From NCBI GenBank assembly GCA_046348465.1, contig JAXMEE010000012.1, positions 128,702 through 192,701 on the forward strand: a stretch of 64,000 nt of DNA, given 5' to 3'. The stretch is from Burkholderiaceae bacterium. GTDB lineage: Bacteria > Pseudomonadota > Gammaproteobacteria > Burkholderiales > Burkholderiaceae_E. The position numbers and the translations under genes were made by a program. The notes under the pieces were generated by a model. The model searched no databases. It saw only the letters and a list, made by a program, of their open reading frames with translations, and was not told where the DNA came from. Positions 1-13,019 of the stretch are shown here, one piece after another; the first letter of the stretch is position 1; each line of letters begins with the position of its first letter.

Positions 1-2
1 CC

Positions 3-122
3 GCCGGCTACCTGCTGAGCGGCGAGCGTCGCTACCTCGGCTGGGCGGTGCGCGTGATCAAGTACGCGGGCGCGGCGGCGCTGATCTTCTTCGCGATCCT
101 GCTGCTCGAACGCATCGCCTGA
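3..122 (+). CDS. 3' end of small membrane protein (partial, starts before window)
   Basis: Open frame AGYLLSGERRYLGWAVRVIKYAGAAALIFFAILLLERIA* with a hydrophobic C-terminal helix and GC3-rich codons; TGA at 120-122. Confidence 0.65.
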   Translation, partial: AGYLLSGERRYLGWAVRVIKYAGAAALIFFAILLLERIA

Positions 123-147
123 CGGGCGGGGCCGGCCCGCGCCGGGC

Positions 148-597
148 TCAACGGCGCGCGCGCGCGCCGGTGCGCGAACGTACGAGATGAGTGAGCGCTT
201 CCTTCAGCCGGGGGCTCGATGCCTGCTCGCTCAGCACCGACAGTTCGGCCAGCGCTCGGGCGGGGATGTCGGCACGCGGACGCACCGGCGGCGGCGGCGG
301 CGCCGAGCCGCGCGGTTGCGGGCGGAACCGGATTCGCTTAACCTGCCAGCCCCGGCCGTTCAAGCCGGCGAGGATCGTCGGCGCCTGTTGCCGCAGCTTC
401 GCCGCCACCGCCGCGCCGGGGGTGCCCACCGTCAGGGTCTCCTGCTCGACGCCCATCGCCACGAGGTCGAGCGCGGGCGCGATCCGGCGGAGGTCCGCCT
501 GCAATGCGAGCAGGCGCTCGGCACGGTCGGTCAGCGCGCGAAACGCCGCTTCCCGTTCGAGCCAGCCGAGTGCGTGATCGGTTGCCGCGGGCTTCAT
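148..597 (-). CDS. dciA: DciA/DUF721 family protein (replicative helicase loader-like)
   Basis: 149 aa from ATG 597; L-x-V-x-x-P-x-A-A-x-A-A-K-L-R-Q motif; sits divergent from the M23 peptidase upstream of secA, as typical in proteobacteria. Confidence 0.75.
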   Translation of the reverse strand: MKPAATDHALGWLEREAAFRALTDRAERLLALQADLRRIAPALDLVAMGVEQETLTVGTPGAAVAAKLRQQAPTILAGLNGRGWQVKRIRFRPQPRGSAPPPPPVRPRADIPARALAELSVLSEQASSPRLKEALTHLVRSRTGARARR

Positions 598-672
598 GGG
601 GCCGGAGAGATGGGTCGGGCCGGGTCGCAAGCCGGAAGAAGAAGAGCGCGCCTCGCGGCGCGGGAGAACCGC

Positions 673-1638
673 GTGCAGATTATCATCGTCCACCCGCGAC
701 TGCGGCAGGCGCGCACGCTCACGCTGCGCCCGTCGTGGCTCGCCGCGACCGCGCTCGCGGGCATGCTCGTCGTCGCCGCCGCGTCGGGGCTGCTGTCGTA
801 CGTCACCCTTCGGCTGGGCCTGGAGGCCCGGCTGCCGGTCGTGCAGAACTGGATCGCGTCGTTCGCCGCGCAGCCGGGCGAGCGCGACCCCTTCGTGCGC
901 CAGAACATCGACGCGCTCGCGGTCCGGCTCGGCGAGCTGCAGGCGCAGCTCACGCGGCTCGACGCCGTCGGCGAACGCGTCGCCGGCATGGCCGGCATCA
1001 AGCCGGCCGAGCTCGTGCGCACGCCGCCCGGGCGCGGCGGCCCCGAGCCCGCCGAGTCGCGTCCGCTGTCGCTCGACGAGCTCTCGGCCGCGATCGACCA
1101 GGTCTCGAAGGCGGCGGAGCGGCGCGGCGACGCCCTGTCGCTGCTCGAGTCCGAGCTCGTGCTGCGCCAGGTGATGGCGCGCCTGCTGCCGAGCGGCCAG
1201 CCGCTGGAAGACGGCATGCTCGGCTCGCGCTTCGGCTGGCGCATCGACCCGATCACCGGCCGCTCGGCGCTGCACGAGGGCATCGACTTCAACGCGCCCG
1301 CGGGCACGCCGATCTTCGCCGCGGGCTCGGGCGTGGTCGTCGTCGCCGGGCCGCACCCGGCGTACGGCAACCACGTCGACGTCGACCACGGCAAGGGGCT
1401 CGTCACGCGCTACGCCCACGCGTCGCGGCTGCTGGTCAAGGAGGGCGACATCGTCAAGCAGGGCCAGCGGATCGCGGAGGTCGGCTCGACCGGCCGCTCG
1501 ACCGGCACCCACGTCCACTTCGAGGTGCGCATCGACGACCAGCCTCAGGATCCCCTCAAGTTCCTGCGTCAGGGCATGGGCGCCCCCGCGACCGACGCGC
1601 TGGCGGGCTTCGGCTGGGGCGGGCCGCCGCGCCGCTGA
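673..1638 (+). CDS. M23 family metallopeptidase (cell-wall endopeptidase)
   Basis: GTG start after GGAG; N-terminal TM segment and coiled coil; HEGID (HxxxD) and HVH (HxH) zinc motifs; GSTGRSTG. Confidence 0.9.
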   Translation: MQIIIVHPRLRQARTLTLRPSWLAATALAGMLVVAAASGLLSYVTLRLGLEARLPVVQNWIASFAAQPGERDPFVRQNIDALAVRLGELQAQLTRLDAVGERVAGMAGIKPAELVRTPPGRGGPEPAESRPLSLDELSAAIDQVSKAAERRGDALSLLESELVLRQVMARLLPSGQPLEDGMLGSRFGWRIDPITGRSALHEGIDFNAPAGTPIFAAGSGVVVVAGPHPAYGNHVDVDHGKGLVTRYAHASRLLVKEGDIVKQGQRIAEVGSTGRSTGTHVHFEVRIDDQPQDPLKFLRQGMGAPATDALAGFGWGGPPRR

Positions 1639-1665
1639 ACGGTGCGGGGGCGCGCGGCGCCCCCG

Positions 1666-1674
1666 TGCTACCAT
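1666..1674 (+). promoter_or_regulatory. putative extended -10 (TG-n-TACCAT) for secA
   Basis: TGCTACCAT in the AT-richer patch ~45 bp upstream of the secA ATG. Confidence 0.4.
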
Positions 1675-1718
1675 TTTCGATTTACCAGGGTCGGGGCGCA
1701 GCACCCGGCGCACTCCCG

Positions 1719-4505
<2,787 letters not shown>

Positions 4506-4518
4506 CGGCCTGACGCGC

Positions 4519-4540
4519 CCGCGGCGCGCTCGCGCCGCGG
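4519..4540. terminator. GC hairpin between convergent secA and bug gene
   Basis: CCGCGGCGCG-CT-CGCGCCGCGG perfect inverted repeat; no U-tract. Confidence 0.4.
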
Positions 4541-4600
4541 CAGGCAGGGCCGGCGCGGCAGGCGCGGCCCGGCGCGCCGGACGTGCGGCGCGCCCGGACG

Positions 4601-5602
4601 TCACTGCGGCTGGATGCCGGCGGCGCGGATCATCTTCGCCCAGGTCGCCGCGTCTTCGCGCAGGGTCTTCGCGAACGCGTCGGGCGTGCTCGCGACCGGC
4701 ACCAGCGTCTGCTCGGCGAGCCGGGCCAGCGTCTCCGGGTGGTTGGTCGCGCGGATCACGTCGCGCGCGATCGCGTCGACGAGCGGGCGCGGCGTCGCGG
4801 AGTGGACGAACACCCCGACCCAGCCGAGCGGCTCGTAACCCGGGTAGCCGCTCTCCGCGAGCGTGGGCACCTTCGGCAGCAGCGGCGTGCGCTTCGGGCC
4901 GCTGACCGCCAGCACCTTGAGCTTGCCGGCGTTGATGTGCGGGATCGCGGTGCTGACGTCGGCCCAGCCGATCGGGATCTGGCCGCCGAGCAGGTCGGCG
5001 AGCATCGGCGCCGACCCCTTGTACGCGACGTGATTCACCTGCGCGCCGATCGCGCGCCCGAAGCTCTCGCCGACGATGTGCGACGACGAGGCGGTGCCGA
5101 ACGAGCCGAACGTGTACGCACCCGGGTTCGCCTTCACGTGCGCGACGAACTCGCCGATCGTGTTCGCCGGGTGCTCGGGGCGCACGACCAGGCCCAGGTA
5201 CGAGAGCGCCGTCTGCGAGACCGGTGCGAAATCGCGCAGCGCGTCGTACGGCAGCTTCTGGAACAGCGACGGGTTCTGGATGTGGGTGGTGATCGACACC
5301 ATGATCGTGTAGCCGTCGGCGGGCGCGCGCAGCACCTCCTGCGCGCCGATCATCCCGCTCGCGCCGGGGCGGTTCTCGACGGTGACCGGCTGGCCCCAGA
5401 ACTCGGACAGACGCACCGAGAGCAGGCGCGCCGACAGGTCGGTGGCGCCGCCGGGCGCGAACGGAACGACCAGGCGCACCGGGCGCTTCGGGAACTCGGG
5501 CGCGCCGCCGCCCTGGGCGCGCGCGAGGCCCGACGCGGCGGACGCGACGGCGGCGGCGAGGAACGCGCGCCGGCGGGCGACGATGTCTGCGGGATCGATC
5601 AT
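4601..5602 (-). CDS. Bug/TctC family tripartite tricarboxylate transporter substrate-binding protein
   Basis: [37 protein letters not shown]; twin-Arg-like leader RRRAFL. Confidence 0.93.
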   Translation of the reverse strand: MIDPADIVARRRAFLAAAVASAASGLARAQGGGAPEFPKRPVRLVVPFAPGGATDLSARLLSVRLSEFWGQPVTVENRPGASGMIGAQEVLRAPADGYTIMVSITTHIQNPSLFQKLPYDALRDFAPVSQTALSYLGLVVRPEHPANTIGEFVAHVKANPGAYTFGSFGTASSSHIVGESFGRAIGAQVNHVAYKGSAPMLADLLGGQIPIGWADVSTAIPHINAGKLKVLAVSGPKRTPLLPKVPTLAESGYPGYEPLGWVGVFVHSATPRPLVDAIARDVIRATNHPETLARLAEQTLVPVASTPDAFAKTLREDAATWAKMIRAAGIQPQ

Positions 5603-5698
5603 GTTTCGAGGACTCCATTGGGAACGGGCGCGCGGATGATAGCGCGCCGCGGCGCCGGCACCGCCCGCGCCCGGCGGCGCCGCGCGCCATCGGCGCAT

Positions 5699-6862
5699 TC
5701 AGCCGAGCCCGAAGAAGCGCAGCACGTCGGCGCCCGCGGCGCGCGCGTCGCGCCGGCCGAGCGCGATCAGCCGACGCGTGTAGCGGCGGTCGAACAGCAG
5801 GTACGAGCTCAGGCCGGCACCGCGGGCGTCGGTCGCGCCGAGCACGCGCAGCGTCGCGCGCGTCGGCCACGGAAGGTGGCGCACGTGACGGGTGGCCAGC
5901 GCGTCGAGCCGGCGCGACGGCGAGATCACCAGCAGGTCGACGTGGCGCAGGCCGCTGCGCTCGCGCTCGGCCGGCGGGATCAGCGCGAGCGTGCGGTTGA
6001 TGCGAACCAGCCGCTCGATGTCGCTCGCGAGCGCGTCGAGGAAGATGCTCGACATCGCGTGGCCGCCGATCTGCGCCAGGCTCGGGTACGTGAACTGCGA
6101 GCCGGTGTGGTCCGCGTGCAGCGCCGCGCGCTGGATCTGCCCGGCGCCGATCACGAGCAGCCGGTCCGCGCCGAGGTGGATCGCGGGCGCGAGCGGGGAC
6201 GTCTGGCGGATCGAGCCGTCGCCGAAGAACTCGCTGCGCTCGCCGAGCGCGAGCGGCACTGCCGGGAACACGAACGGAATCGCGCTCGACGCGAGCAGGT
6301 GCTCGACCCCGATCTCGGCCGGGCACGAGAGCCGCTGCGTCCGGTACCACGGCGGCACCGGGTCCCGGCTCTCGTAGTAGGTCACGTGCTGGCCGGACGT
6401 GTAGCTCGACGCCGTGACCGCGAGCGCGTCGACGCAGCCGGCGCCGATCACGCGCCGCAGCTGAGCGGGGTCGATCATCCGCGCGAGCAGCTGCGCGAGC
6501 GGCGTGTTGTCGAACAGCGAGCGCGGCCGGCTGCGCACCGCCCACCCGAACGCGAGCGTCGAGATCCAGTGCGCGGCGTTGCGCGCCGAGCCGCGCGCGT
6601 CGACCCGATAGACCTGGCCGGGCGAGAACGACGCCCACACCGACACCAGCCGCTCGACGCTCTCGGGCCACGTGTCGGCGCGCGCTGCGAACGCCGCGGC
6701 GTTGATCGCGCCGGCGGAGGTCCCGGTCACGACGGCGAACGGATTGCGCTCGCGCGGCCAGCCCGCGCCGAGCAGCAGGCGGCGCACGCCGTCGAGCACG
6801 CCCGCCTGGTACGCGGCGCGCGCGCCGCCGCCGGTCAGCACCAGTCCGGTTCGCGTCTGCAT
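5699..6862 (-). CDS. patatin-like phospholipase
   Basis: [11 protein letters not shown] oxyanion motif, GTSAG nucleophile elbow, DGS catalytic Asp motif. Confidence 0.9.
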   Translation of the reverse strand: MQTRTGLVLTGGGARAAYQAGVLDGVRRLLLGAGWPRERNPFAVVTGTSAGAINAAAFAARADTWPESVERLVSVWASFSPGQVYRVDARGSARNAAHWISTLAFGWAVRSRPRSLFDNTPLAQLLARMIDPAQLRRVIGAGCVDALAVTASSYTSGQHVTYYESRDPVPPWYRTQRLSCPAEIGVEHLLASSAIPFVFPAVPLALGERSEFFGDGSIRQTSPLAPAIHLGADRLLVIGAGQIQRAALHADHTGSQFTYPSLAQIGGHAMSSIFLDALASDIERLVRINRTLALIPPAERERSGLRHVDLLVISPSRRLDALATRHVRHLPWPTRATLRVLGATDARGAGLSSYLLFDRRYTRRLIALGRRDARAAGADVLRFFGLG

Positions 6863-6970
6863 CGCGCGATTGCAGCACCGCTCGCGGGCGCGGGCAACGT
6901 CGCGCACGCGCGCTGCGGGCCGTTTCGTCGCCCGCGCCGATTAGAATCATGCCTTTTCGGGACCGAACCG

Positions 6971-8200
6971 ATGGCCGTCAACCTGTCCGCACCGGCGCCC
7001 GGGAGCCTGCACCCGGTGGCCGGCCTCGAGCTCGGCACCGCCCGCGCCCACATCCGCAAGCCCGGGCGCCGCGACGTGCTCGTCGCGCGCTTCGCCCCCG
7101 GCGCGACCGCGGCCGGCGTGTTCACGCGCAACCGCTTCTGCGCGGCGCCGGTGCGCGCCTGCCGCGAGCACCTCGCGTCGTCCGGGGGCTTGGTGCGCGC
7201 GCTGGTCGTCAACACCGGCAACGCGAACGCCGGCACCGGCGAGCAGGGGCTGGCGGACGCGCGCCGCACCTGCGAGGCGCTCGCCGCGCGGCTCGGCTGC
7301 CGCGCCGACCAGGTGCTGCCGTTCTCCACCGGCGTCATCCTCGAGCACCTGCCGATGGATCGCCTGCTCGCGGGCCTGCCCGACGCGGTCGCCGACCTCG
7401 CACCCGCGCACTGGGCCGAGGCCGCCGAGGCGATCATGACCACCGACACCGTGCCCAAGGCCGCGTCGCGCCGCGCGACGATCGCCGGGCGCGAGGTCAC
7501 GGTCACCGGCATCGCCAAGGGCGCCGGCATGATCCGCCCGAACATGGCGACGATGCTCTCGTTCGTCGCGACCGACGCGGCGGTGCCGCAGGCGCTGCTG
7601 CAGCGCTGGGTGCGCGAGGCGGCCGACGCGAGCTTCAACCGCGTGACCGTCGACGGCGACACCTCGACCAACGACTCGTTCGTGCTCGTCGCCACCGGCG
7701 CGGGGGCGCTGCGCGTCGACGACGACGCGAGCCCCGGCGCGGCCGAGCTGCGCGCGACGATCACCGACGTCGCGCGTACGCTCGCGCAGGCGATCGTCCG
7801 AGACGGCGAGGGCGCGACCAAGTTCATCTCGGTCGTCGTCGAGGGCGCGGCGAGCGCCGACGAGGCCGCGGCGGTCGCGTACGCGATCGCGCACTCGCCG
7901 CTCGTGAAGACCGCGTTCTTCGCGTCCGACCCGAACCTCGGGCGCATCCTGTGCGCGATCGGCTACGCCGGCATCGACGACCTCGACGTCGACCGGCTCG
8001 AGCTGTACCTCGACGACGTCCGCGTCGCGTCCGCCGGCGGGCGCGACCCGGCGTACCGCGAGGAGGACGGCCAGCGCGTGATGAAGCAGCCGGAGATCAC
8101 GGTGCGCACGGTGCTGAACCGCGGCACGGCGTCCACCACGGTCTGGACCTGCGACTTCTCCCACGACTACGTGTCGATCAACGCCGACTACCGCTCGTAG
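6971..8200 (+). CDS. argJ: bifunctional glutamate N-acetyltransferase/amino-acid acetyltransferase ArgJ
   Basis: [14 protein letters not shown] autoproteolysis site, [27 protein letters not shown] end. Confidence 0.98.
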   Translation: MAVNLSAPAPGSLHPVAGLELGTARAHIRKPGRRDVLVARFAPGATAAGVFTRNRFCAAPVRACREHLASSGGLVRALVVNTGNANAGTGEQGLADARRTCEALAARLGCRADQVLPFSTGVILEHLPMDRLLAGLPDAVADLAPAHWAEAAEAIMTTDTVPKAASRRATIAGREVTVTGIAKGAGMIRPNMATMLSFVATDAAVPQALLQRWVREAADASFNRVTVDGDTSTNDSFVLVATGAGALRVDDDASPGAAELRATITDVARTLAQAIVRDGEGATKFISVVVEGAASADEAAAVAYAIAHSPLVKTAFFASDPNLGRILCAIGYAGIDDLDVDRLELYLDDVRVASAGGRDPAYREEDGQRVMKQPEITVRTVLNRGTASTTVWTCDFSHDYVSINADYRS

Positions 8201-8211
8201 CGGCCCCGCGC

Positions 8212-8238
8212 GCGAGGCGCGCCCGGCGCGCGCCTCGC
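8212..8238. other. intergenic hairpin after argJ
   Basis: GCGAGGCGCGC-CCGGC-GCGCGCCTCGC 11-bp perfect stem. Confidence 0.45.
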
Positions 8239-8258
8239 CCCGTCTCCGGAACACCCGC

Positions 8259-9296
8259 ATGACCGAACTCGACTCGCTGATCACCCGTGCCCAGGCGCTG
8301 CTCGGCCGCCTGGAGCAGCTGCTGCCCGCCGATCACGTGCCGCGCTGGGACGACGCGATCGCCTGGCGCTGGCGGCGCCGGCGCGGCGGCTTCGGCGTGC
8401 GCGCGTACCTGCAGCCGGTGCGCAACCTCGCGCCGATCCGCCTCTCGGACCTGAAGAACGTCGACGCGCAGAAGAGGGCGATCGAGCAGAACACGCGCCA
8501 GTTCGTCGCCGGGCGTCCGGCGAACAACGTGCTGCTGACCGGCTCGCGCGGCACCGGCAAGTCCTCGCTGATCAAGGCCTGCCTGAATGCGTACGCGCGC
8601 CGCGGCCTGCGACTGATCGAGGTCGACAAGGACGACCTCGTCGACCTGCCCGACATCGTCGAGCTGGTCGCGGGGCGCCCCGAGCGCTTCATCGTCTTCT
8701 GCGACGACCTCTCGTTCGAGGAGGGCGAGGCCGGCTACAAGGCGCTGAAGGTCGCGCTCGACGGCTCGGTGGCCGCGCAGTCCGAGAACGTGCTGATCTA
8801 CGCGACGTCGAACCGGCGCCACCTGATGCCGGAGTACATGGCCGAGAACCTCGAGGCGAAGCACCAGGAGGACGGCGAGATCCACCCCGGCGAGCGCGTC
8901 GAGGAGAAGATCTCGCTGTCCGAGCGCTTCGGCCTGTGGGTGTCGTTCTACCCGTTCCGCCAGGACGACTACCTCGGCATCGTCGCGCACTGGCTCGCGA
9001 GCTTCGGCTGCGGCGCCGCCGAGATCGACGCCGCACGCGGCGACGCGCTGCGCTTCGCGCTCGAGCGCGGCTCGCGCTCGGGCCGCGTCGCGTGGCAGTT
9101 CGCGCGCGACTGGGCCGGGCGTCACGCGCGCGGCGAGCCCGCGGGTGCGAAGAATCCGGCCGCGAAGACGACCGTCACCGAGGTCTCCGCGGCGAGGTCG
9201 CTGGCCGCGAAGAAGCCGGCCGCGAAAAATCCGGCCGCGAAGAAGCCGGCCGCGCCCCGGCGCCGCCGCGGCGCGACCGGGCCGGACGCCCCTTGA
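8259..9296 (+). CDS. DUF815 family AAA+ ATP-binding protein with basic low-complexity tail
   Basis: ANNVLLTGSRGTGKSS Walker A, FCDDLSF Walker B, YATSNRRHL, RSGRVAWQF. Confidence 0.9.
   Translation: MTELDSLITRAQALLGRLEQLLPADHVPRWDDAIAWRWRRRRGGFGVRAYLQPVRNLAPIRLSDLKNVDAQKRAIEQNTRQFVAGRPANNVLLTGSRGTGKSSLIKACLNAYARRGLRLIEVDKDDLVDLPDIVELVAGRPERFIVFCDDLSFEEGEAGYKALKVALDGSVAAQSENVLIYATSNRRHLMPEYMAENLEAKHQEDGEIHPGERVEEKISLSERFGLWVSFYPFRQDDYLGIVAHWLASFGCGAAEIDAARGDALRFALERGSRSGRVAWQFARDWAGRHARGEPAGAKNPAAKTTVTEVSAARSLAAKKPAAKNPAAKKPAAPRRRRGATGPDAP
9147..9254 (+). repeat. 15-bp degenerate coding repeats (AKKPA/AKNPA)
   Basis: gccgcgaagaagccg / gccgcgaaaaatccg units at the 3' end of the DUF815 gene. 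Confidence 0.7.
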
Positions 9297-10213
9297 CGCC
9301 GGCCGCGGCGCCGGTCGAAGTCGCGGTCGGCGTCGTGATCCGCGCCGACGGCTCGGTGCTGCTCGCCCAGCGCCCCGACGGCAAGCCGTACGCGGGCTGG
9401 TGGGAGTTCCCCGGCGGCAAGCTCGAGCCCGGCGAGGCGGCCGACGCGGCGCTCGCCCGGGAGCTCCACGAGGAGCTCGGGCTGGACGTGCGCGCGTCCT
9501 GCCCGTGGGTCGTGCGCGAGTTCGTCTATCCGCACGCGCACGTGCGGCTGCACTTCCGGCGCGTCTTCGAGTTCGACGGCGAGCCGCGCTCGCGCGAGGG
9601 ACAGGCGTTCGCCTGGCAGCGTCCGGGCGCGGTCGCGGTCGCGCCGCTGCTGCCGGCGAGCGTGCCGGTGATCGAGTGGCTGACGCTGCCCGAGGTCTGC
9701 GCCCGCTCGGCGGGGGCGTCGATGGGCCCGGACGCGTTCGTCGAGGCGCTCGCGCGGCGCCTGGCCGCGGGCCTGCGGCTGCTGCTGCTCGACGAGCCCG
9801 CGCTGCCGGCGGCGGCGTTCCAGGCGCTTCTCGCGCGGGTCGTGCCGATGTGCCGCGACGCCGGCGCGCGGGTGCTGGTCGGCGCCGCGCACGGCGAGTC
9901 CGTCGGGGCCGGCGCCGACGGCGTCCTGCTCGACGACGATGCGCTCGCGCGTGCCGCCGCTCGCCCGGCCGGGCGGCTCGCCGGCGCGACGTGCGCCGAC
10001 GCCGCCGGGCTCGAGCGTGCGTTCGCGCTGGGGCTGGACTTCGTCGTGCTGCCGCGCACGGCCGCCGCGCCGATGCCCGGCGTGCCGTTCTACCGGGCGG
10101 CGGACAGCGCGGCGCCGCACGAACTGGCGGCGGCACGCCGCGCGGGCGCGCACGGCCTGGCGGTGGGCGAGCGCTACTGGCGCGAGGCGGCGCCGGGCGA
10201 GACGGGCGACTGA
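9293..10213 (+). CDS. MutT-like NUDIX hydrolase fused to degenerate thiamine-phosphate-synthase-like domain
   Basis: TTG start overlapping upstream TGA; Nudix box GGKLEPGEAADAALARELHEELG; C-terminal TIM-barrel-like segment (GADGV, ALGLDFVVL, GAHGLA). Confidence 0.85.
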   Translation: MTPAAAPVEVAVGVVIRADGSVLLAQRPDGKPYAGWWEFPGGKLEPGEAADAALARELHEELGLDVRASCPWVVREFVYPHAHVRLHFRRVFEFDGEPRSREGQAFAWQRPGAVAVAPLLPASVPVIEWLTLPEVCARSAGASMGPDAFVEALARRLAAGLRLLLLDEPALPAAAFQALLARVVPMCRDAGARVLVGAAHGESVGAGADGVLLDDDALARAAARPAGRLAGATCADAAGLERAFALGLDFVVLPRTAAAPMPGVPFYRAADSAAPHELAAARRAGAHGLAVGERYWREAAPGETGD

Positions 10214-10251
10214 AACGCGGGGAGGTGCCGCGGCGCGCGCGCCGCGGGCGG

Positions 10252-10455
10252 TCAGCGCCCCGGTGCGCGGTCGTCGCGTTCGAGCGCGTCCGACGAGGTG
10301 TCGTCGAGCGCGCCGCCCGCGATCACGTAGCGATCGCTCGCCCACGCGCCGAGGTCGACGAGCTTGCAGCGTTCCGAGCAGAACGGCCGCCAGCGGTTGC
10401 CCGGGCCGTACTCGGCGCGCCGGCCGCACGCGGGGCAGTCGACCTTCACGGTCAT
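10252..10455 (-). CDS. yacG: DNA gyrase inhibitor YacG
   Basis: CPAC...[16 protein letters not shown] zinc motif; follows zapD. Confidence 0.95.
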   Translation of the reverse strand: MTVKVDCPACGRRAEYGPGNRWRPFCSERCKLVDLGAWASDRYVIAGGALDDTSSDALERDDRAPGR

Positions 10456-10504
10456 CGGTGCGCCCCGGGGTTCGCGCGGCCGCGCGGCGCCCGTGCGACG
10501 GGCG

Positions 10505-11260
10505 TCAGAGGTTGCACAGCGACAGCTCGAACGCGACCGTGCCGTCGAACGGGCGCGGACGCAGGTCGCCGTCCTGGATCGTGAACCGGATCCACAGCAG
10601 GTACTTGTTCGCGCTGATCTCGGGAATCGCGCCGGTGGCCGGGTCGAGCCGAACCTGGACCATCTGGTAGGTCTTGCCGCCGAGCGGCTGCTGGAAGCTG
10701 CCCTGCTGGGCGACGAGCGTCGAGCGCTGCGCGCTCTCGCGCAGCAGCCGCAGCACGATCGAGAGGGAGTCGTAGAGCGGCCGGAACGGCGCGCCCCACG
10801 CGGCGATGTCGCGCTGGCGGACCTCCGGCGCGCGGTTCTGCCACGCGTAGTACGAGGGCAGGTCGAACTCGCACGCGCCCCCGGCGATGATCGTGCGGCT
10901 GCGGATGCTCATCAGCCACTCGTTGTCGCGCAGGTGCTGGCCGGTCTTGCCGGTGGTGGCGTTCAGGCTCGCCCAGGCCTCGTCGATCTGCGCGAGGATG
11001 CGGTCGAGCGCCTCGAGGGACACGTCGGGGCTGGAGCGGAACTGCGTGAGCGCCTGGCGCTGGCGGTCGAGTTCCTGGAGCAGGTCCGACTTGACGTCGG
11101 CGCGCGCGGAGATGTCGAGGATGTCGAACAGCGTGGTGAGCGCGACGTGGTGGTCGAGCGAGTGCTCGCGGCGCGCGAAGAAATCCAGGCGATCGAAGAG
11201 ATCTTCGAGCCGCAGCAGGGTCCGGACGCGTTCGTTGAGGGGATATTCGTAAAGGATCAA
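10505..11260 (-). CDS. zapD: cell division protein ZapD
   Basis: [19 protein letters not shown]-terminus, [22 protein letters not shown] start. Confidence 0.96.
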   Translation of the reverse strand: MILYEYPLNERVRTLLRLEDLFDRLDFFARREHSLDHHVALTTLFDILDISARADVKSDLLQELDRQRQALTQFRSSPDVSLEALDRILAQIDEAWASLNATTGKTGQHLRDNEWLMSIRSRTIIAGGACEFDLPSYYAWQNRAPEVRQRDIAAWGAPFRPLYDSLSIVLRLLRESAQRSTLVAQQGSFQQPLGGKTYQMVQVRLDPATGAIPEISANKYLLWIRFTIQDGDLRPRPFDGTVAFELSLCNL

Positions 11261-11306
11261 GCCGGTCGACCCTGCGTCATCTGGAAGGCGAGCCCGACAC
11301 CCGTCG

Positions 11307-11335
11307 ATTGTGAATCAAAGCTCACCCGTTGACAA
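11307..11335 (-). promoter_or_regulatory. putative sigma70 promoter for zapD-yacG
   Basis: Minus strand TTGTCA-N17-CACAAT ~47 bp upstream of the zapD start. Confidence 0.5.
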
Positions 11336-11410
11336 ACGAACGGCGCGATCCGGGCCCGTGCGTCGGGCGGGCCCGACGCCCCGGGCGGGCCTCGGCCACG
11401 CGCGGCGTCT

Positions 11411-11481
11411 CGCGAGCGCTGCGAGGGCGCCCGAAGCTTCACGCGAGCGCTTCGGGGGCGCCCGACGCTTCACGCGCGCGC
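11411..11481. repeat. ~2.3 copies of a 31-bp tandem repeat including the coaE stop codon
   Basis: gggcgcccgaagcttcacgcgagcgc (11425-11450) vs gggcgcccgacgcttcacgcgcgcgc (11456-11481), 24/26 identical. Confidence 0.7.
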
Positions 11482-12111
11482 CGCGCGCTCGACCGACAGC
11501 CGCAGGTACTGCTCGTGGATGCGGCGCACCTGCGCGTCGAGCCCGTCGGGGCTCGCGCCGCCGTTGTCGACCACCTCGGTCGCGGCCGCGAGCTTCTTCT
11601 CGCGCGGCGCCTGCACCGCGATGATCGCCTCGACCTGCGCGCGCTCGAGGCCACTGCGGCGCATCACGCGCTCGATCTGGACCTCGACCGGGCAGTCGAC
11701 GACCAGCACGCGGTCGAGCCAGTCGGCCCAGCGCCCGCCCTCGACGAGGAGCGGGATCACGACGATCGCGTACGGCGCGCTCGCGGCCGCGGCGATCCGG
11801 CGGTCGGTCTCCTGCCCGATCATCGGGTGCAGGATCGCCTCCAGGCGCTTGCGCGAGCCGGGGTCGGAGAACGCGAGCGCGCGCATCGCGGCGCGGTCCA
11901 GGCGGCCGTCGGGCGCGATCACCGCGCGGCCGAACTCGCGCTCGATCGCGGGCATCGCGGCGCCGCCGGGGCCCGTGAGATCGTGCGCGATGACGTCGGT
12001 GTCGACCAGCGGCACGCCCTGCGCGGCGAACAGGTTCGCCACGGTGGTCTTGCCGCTGCCGATGCCGCCGGTCAGTCCGACCAGCAGCGCGGGGCGTATC
12101 GGGGCTCTCAT
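11470..12111 (-). CDS. coaE: dephospho-CoA kinase
   Basis: VGLTGGIGSGKTT, LDRAAMR, LEAILHP, IPLLVE. Confidence 0.97.
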   Translation of the reverse strand: MRAPIRPALLVGLTGGIGSGKTTVANLFAAQGVPLVDTDVIAHDLTGPGGAAMPAIEREFGRAVIAPDGRLDRAAMRALAFSDPGSRKRLEAILHPMIGQETDRRIAAAASAPYAIVVIPLLVEGGRWADWLDRVLVVDCPVEVQIERVMRRSGLERAQVEAIIAVQAPREKKLAAATEVVDNGGASPDGLDAQVRRIHEQYLRLSVERAARA

Positions 12112-12146
12112 CGTGCCCCGAAGATATCAGAGCCGCGGGCCGCGGC

Positions 12147-13004
12147 TCACGCCATTCCGAACCAGGCCGACAGCGGCTTGCCCGCGTACAGCGCGAGCAC
12201 GCCCGCGCCGGCGAGATACGGGCCGAACGGGATCGGGACGTCGCGGCGGTGGCGCCGGAACAGCATCATCGAGATCCCGACCACGGCGCCCACCACCGAC
12301 GAGAGCACGATGACCGCCGGCAGCGCCTGCCAGCCGAACCACGCGCCGATCGCGCCGAGCAGCTTGAAGTCGCCGTAGCCCATGCCCTCCTTGCCGGTGG
12401 CGAGCTTGAACAGCCAGTACACCGACCACAGCGACAGGTAGCCCGCCATCGCGCCGACCACCGCCGTGGACAGCGGCACGTAGACGCCCCACAGGTTGAA
12501 CAGCAGCCCCAGCCAGAGCAGCGGAAGCGTGATGTCGTCGGGGAGGTACTGCGTGTCGAGGTCGATGAACGCGAGCGCGACCAGCGCCCACGTGAACAGC
12601 AGCGCGCCCGCGCCGGCGGCGGTGGCGCCGAACTGCGCGATCGCGAGCGCGGACAGCAGGCCGGTGCCGAGCTCGACCAGCGGGTAGCGCGCCGGGATCG
12701 ACCACCCGCACGCGCGGCAGCGTCCTCGCTGCAGCGTCCACGACAGCAGCGGGATGTTCTCGAACGCCCCCAGCGTGTGCCCGCACGACGGGCAGCGCGA
12801 GCGCGGCCGCACCAGGTTGAACGCGGGCAGCTCCGGCGGCTCGCGGCCCGCGAGCTCCGCCGCCTGCAGCTCCCACTCGCGCTCCATCATCTTCGGGACG
12901 CGGTGGATCACCACGTTCAGGAAGCTGCCGACGAGCAGCCCCAGCACCAGCGCCGTCGCGGCCGCGAGTGCCGGGGAGTCGGCGAGCACGGAGAGCGCCT
13001 GCAC
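12147..13004 (-). CDS. pilD: type IV prepilin peptidase/N-methyltransferase
   Basis: GSFLNVVIHRVP, CPSC/CRAC zinc pairs, FIDLD, GMGYGDFKL, IPFGPYL. Confidence 0.97.
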   Translation of the reverse strand: MQALSVLADSPALAAATALVLGLLVGSFLNVVIHRVPKMMEREWELQAAELAGREPPELPAFNLVRPRSRCPSCGHTLGAFENIPLLSWTLQRGRCRACGWSIPARYPLVELGTGLLSALAIAQFGATAAGAGALLFTWALVALAFIDLDTQYLPDDITLPLLWLGLLFNLWGVYVPLSTAVVGAMAGYLSLWSVYWLFKLATGKEGMGYGDFKLLGAIGAWFGWQALPAVIVLSSVVGAVVGISMMLFRRHRRDVPIPFGPYLAGAGVLALYAGKPLSAWFGMA

Positions 13005-13019
13005 CGTCGCGGCCCTTCC

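Noticed and set aside
148..1713. 521-aa minus-strand ORF and the long N-terminal extensions of the M23 and secA ORFs
   Set aside because: Only the C-terminal 149 aa resemble DciA; the rest is antisense to the M23 gene. Extensions are Arg/Ala/Pro-rich artefacts of stop-poor GC-rich DNA.
4583..8200. Apparent 1205-aa ArgJ fusion
   Set aside because: Upstream part is antisense to the bug and patatin genes; real ArgJ starts at ATG 6971
11329..11334. Perfect TTGACA on the plus strand
   Set aside because: No plus-strand -10 at the right spacing and no gene downstream; better explained as the complement of the zapD promoter -35
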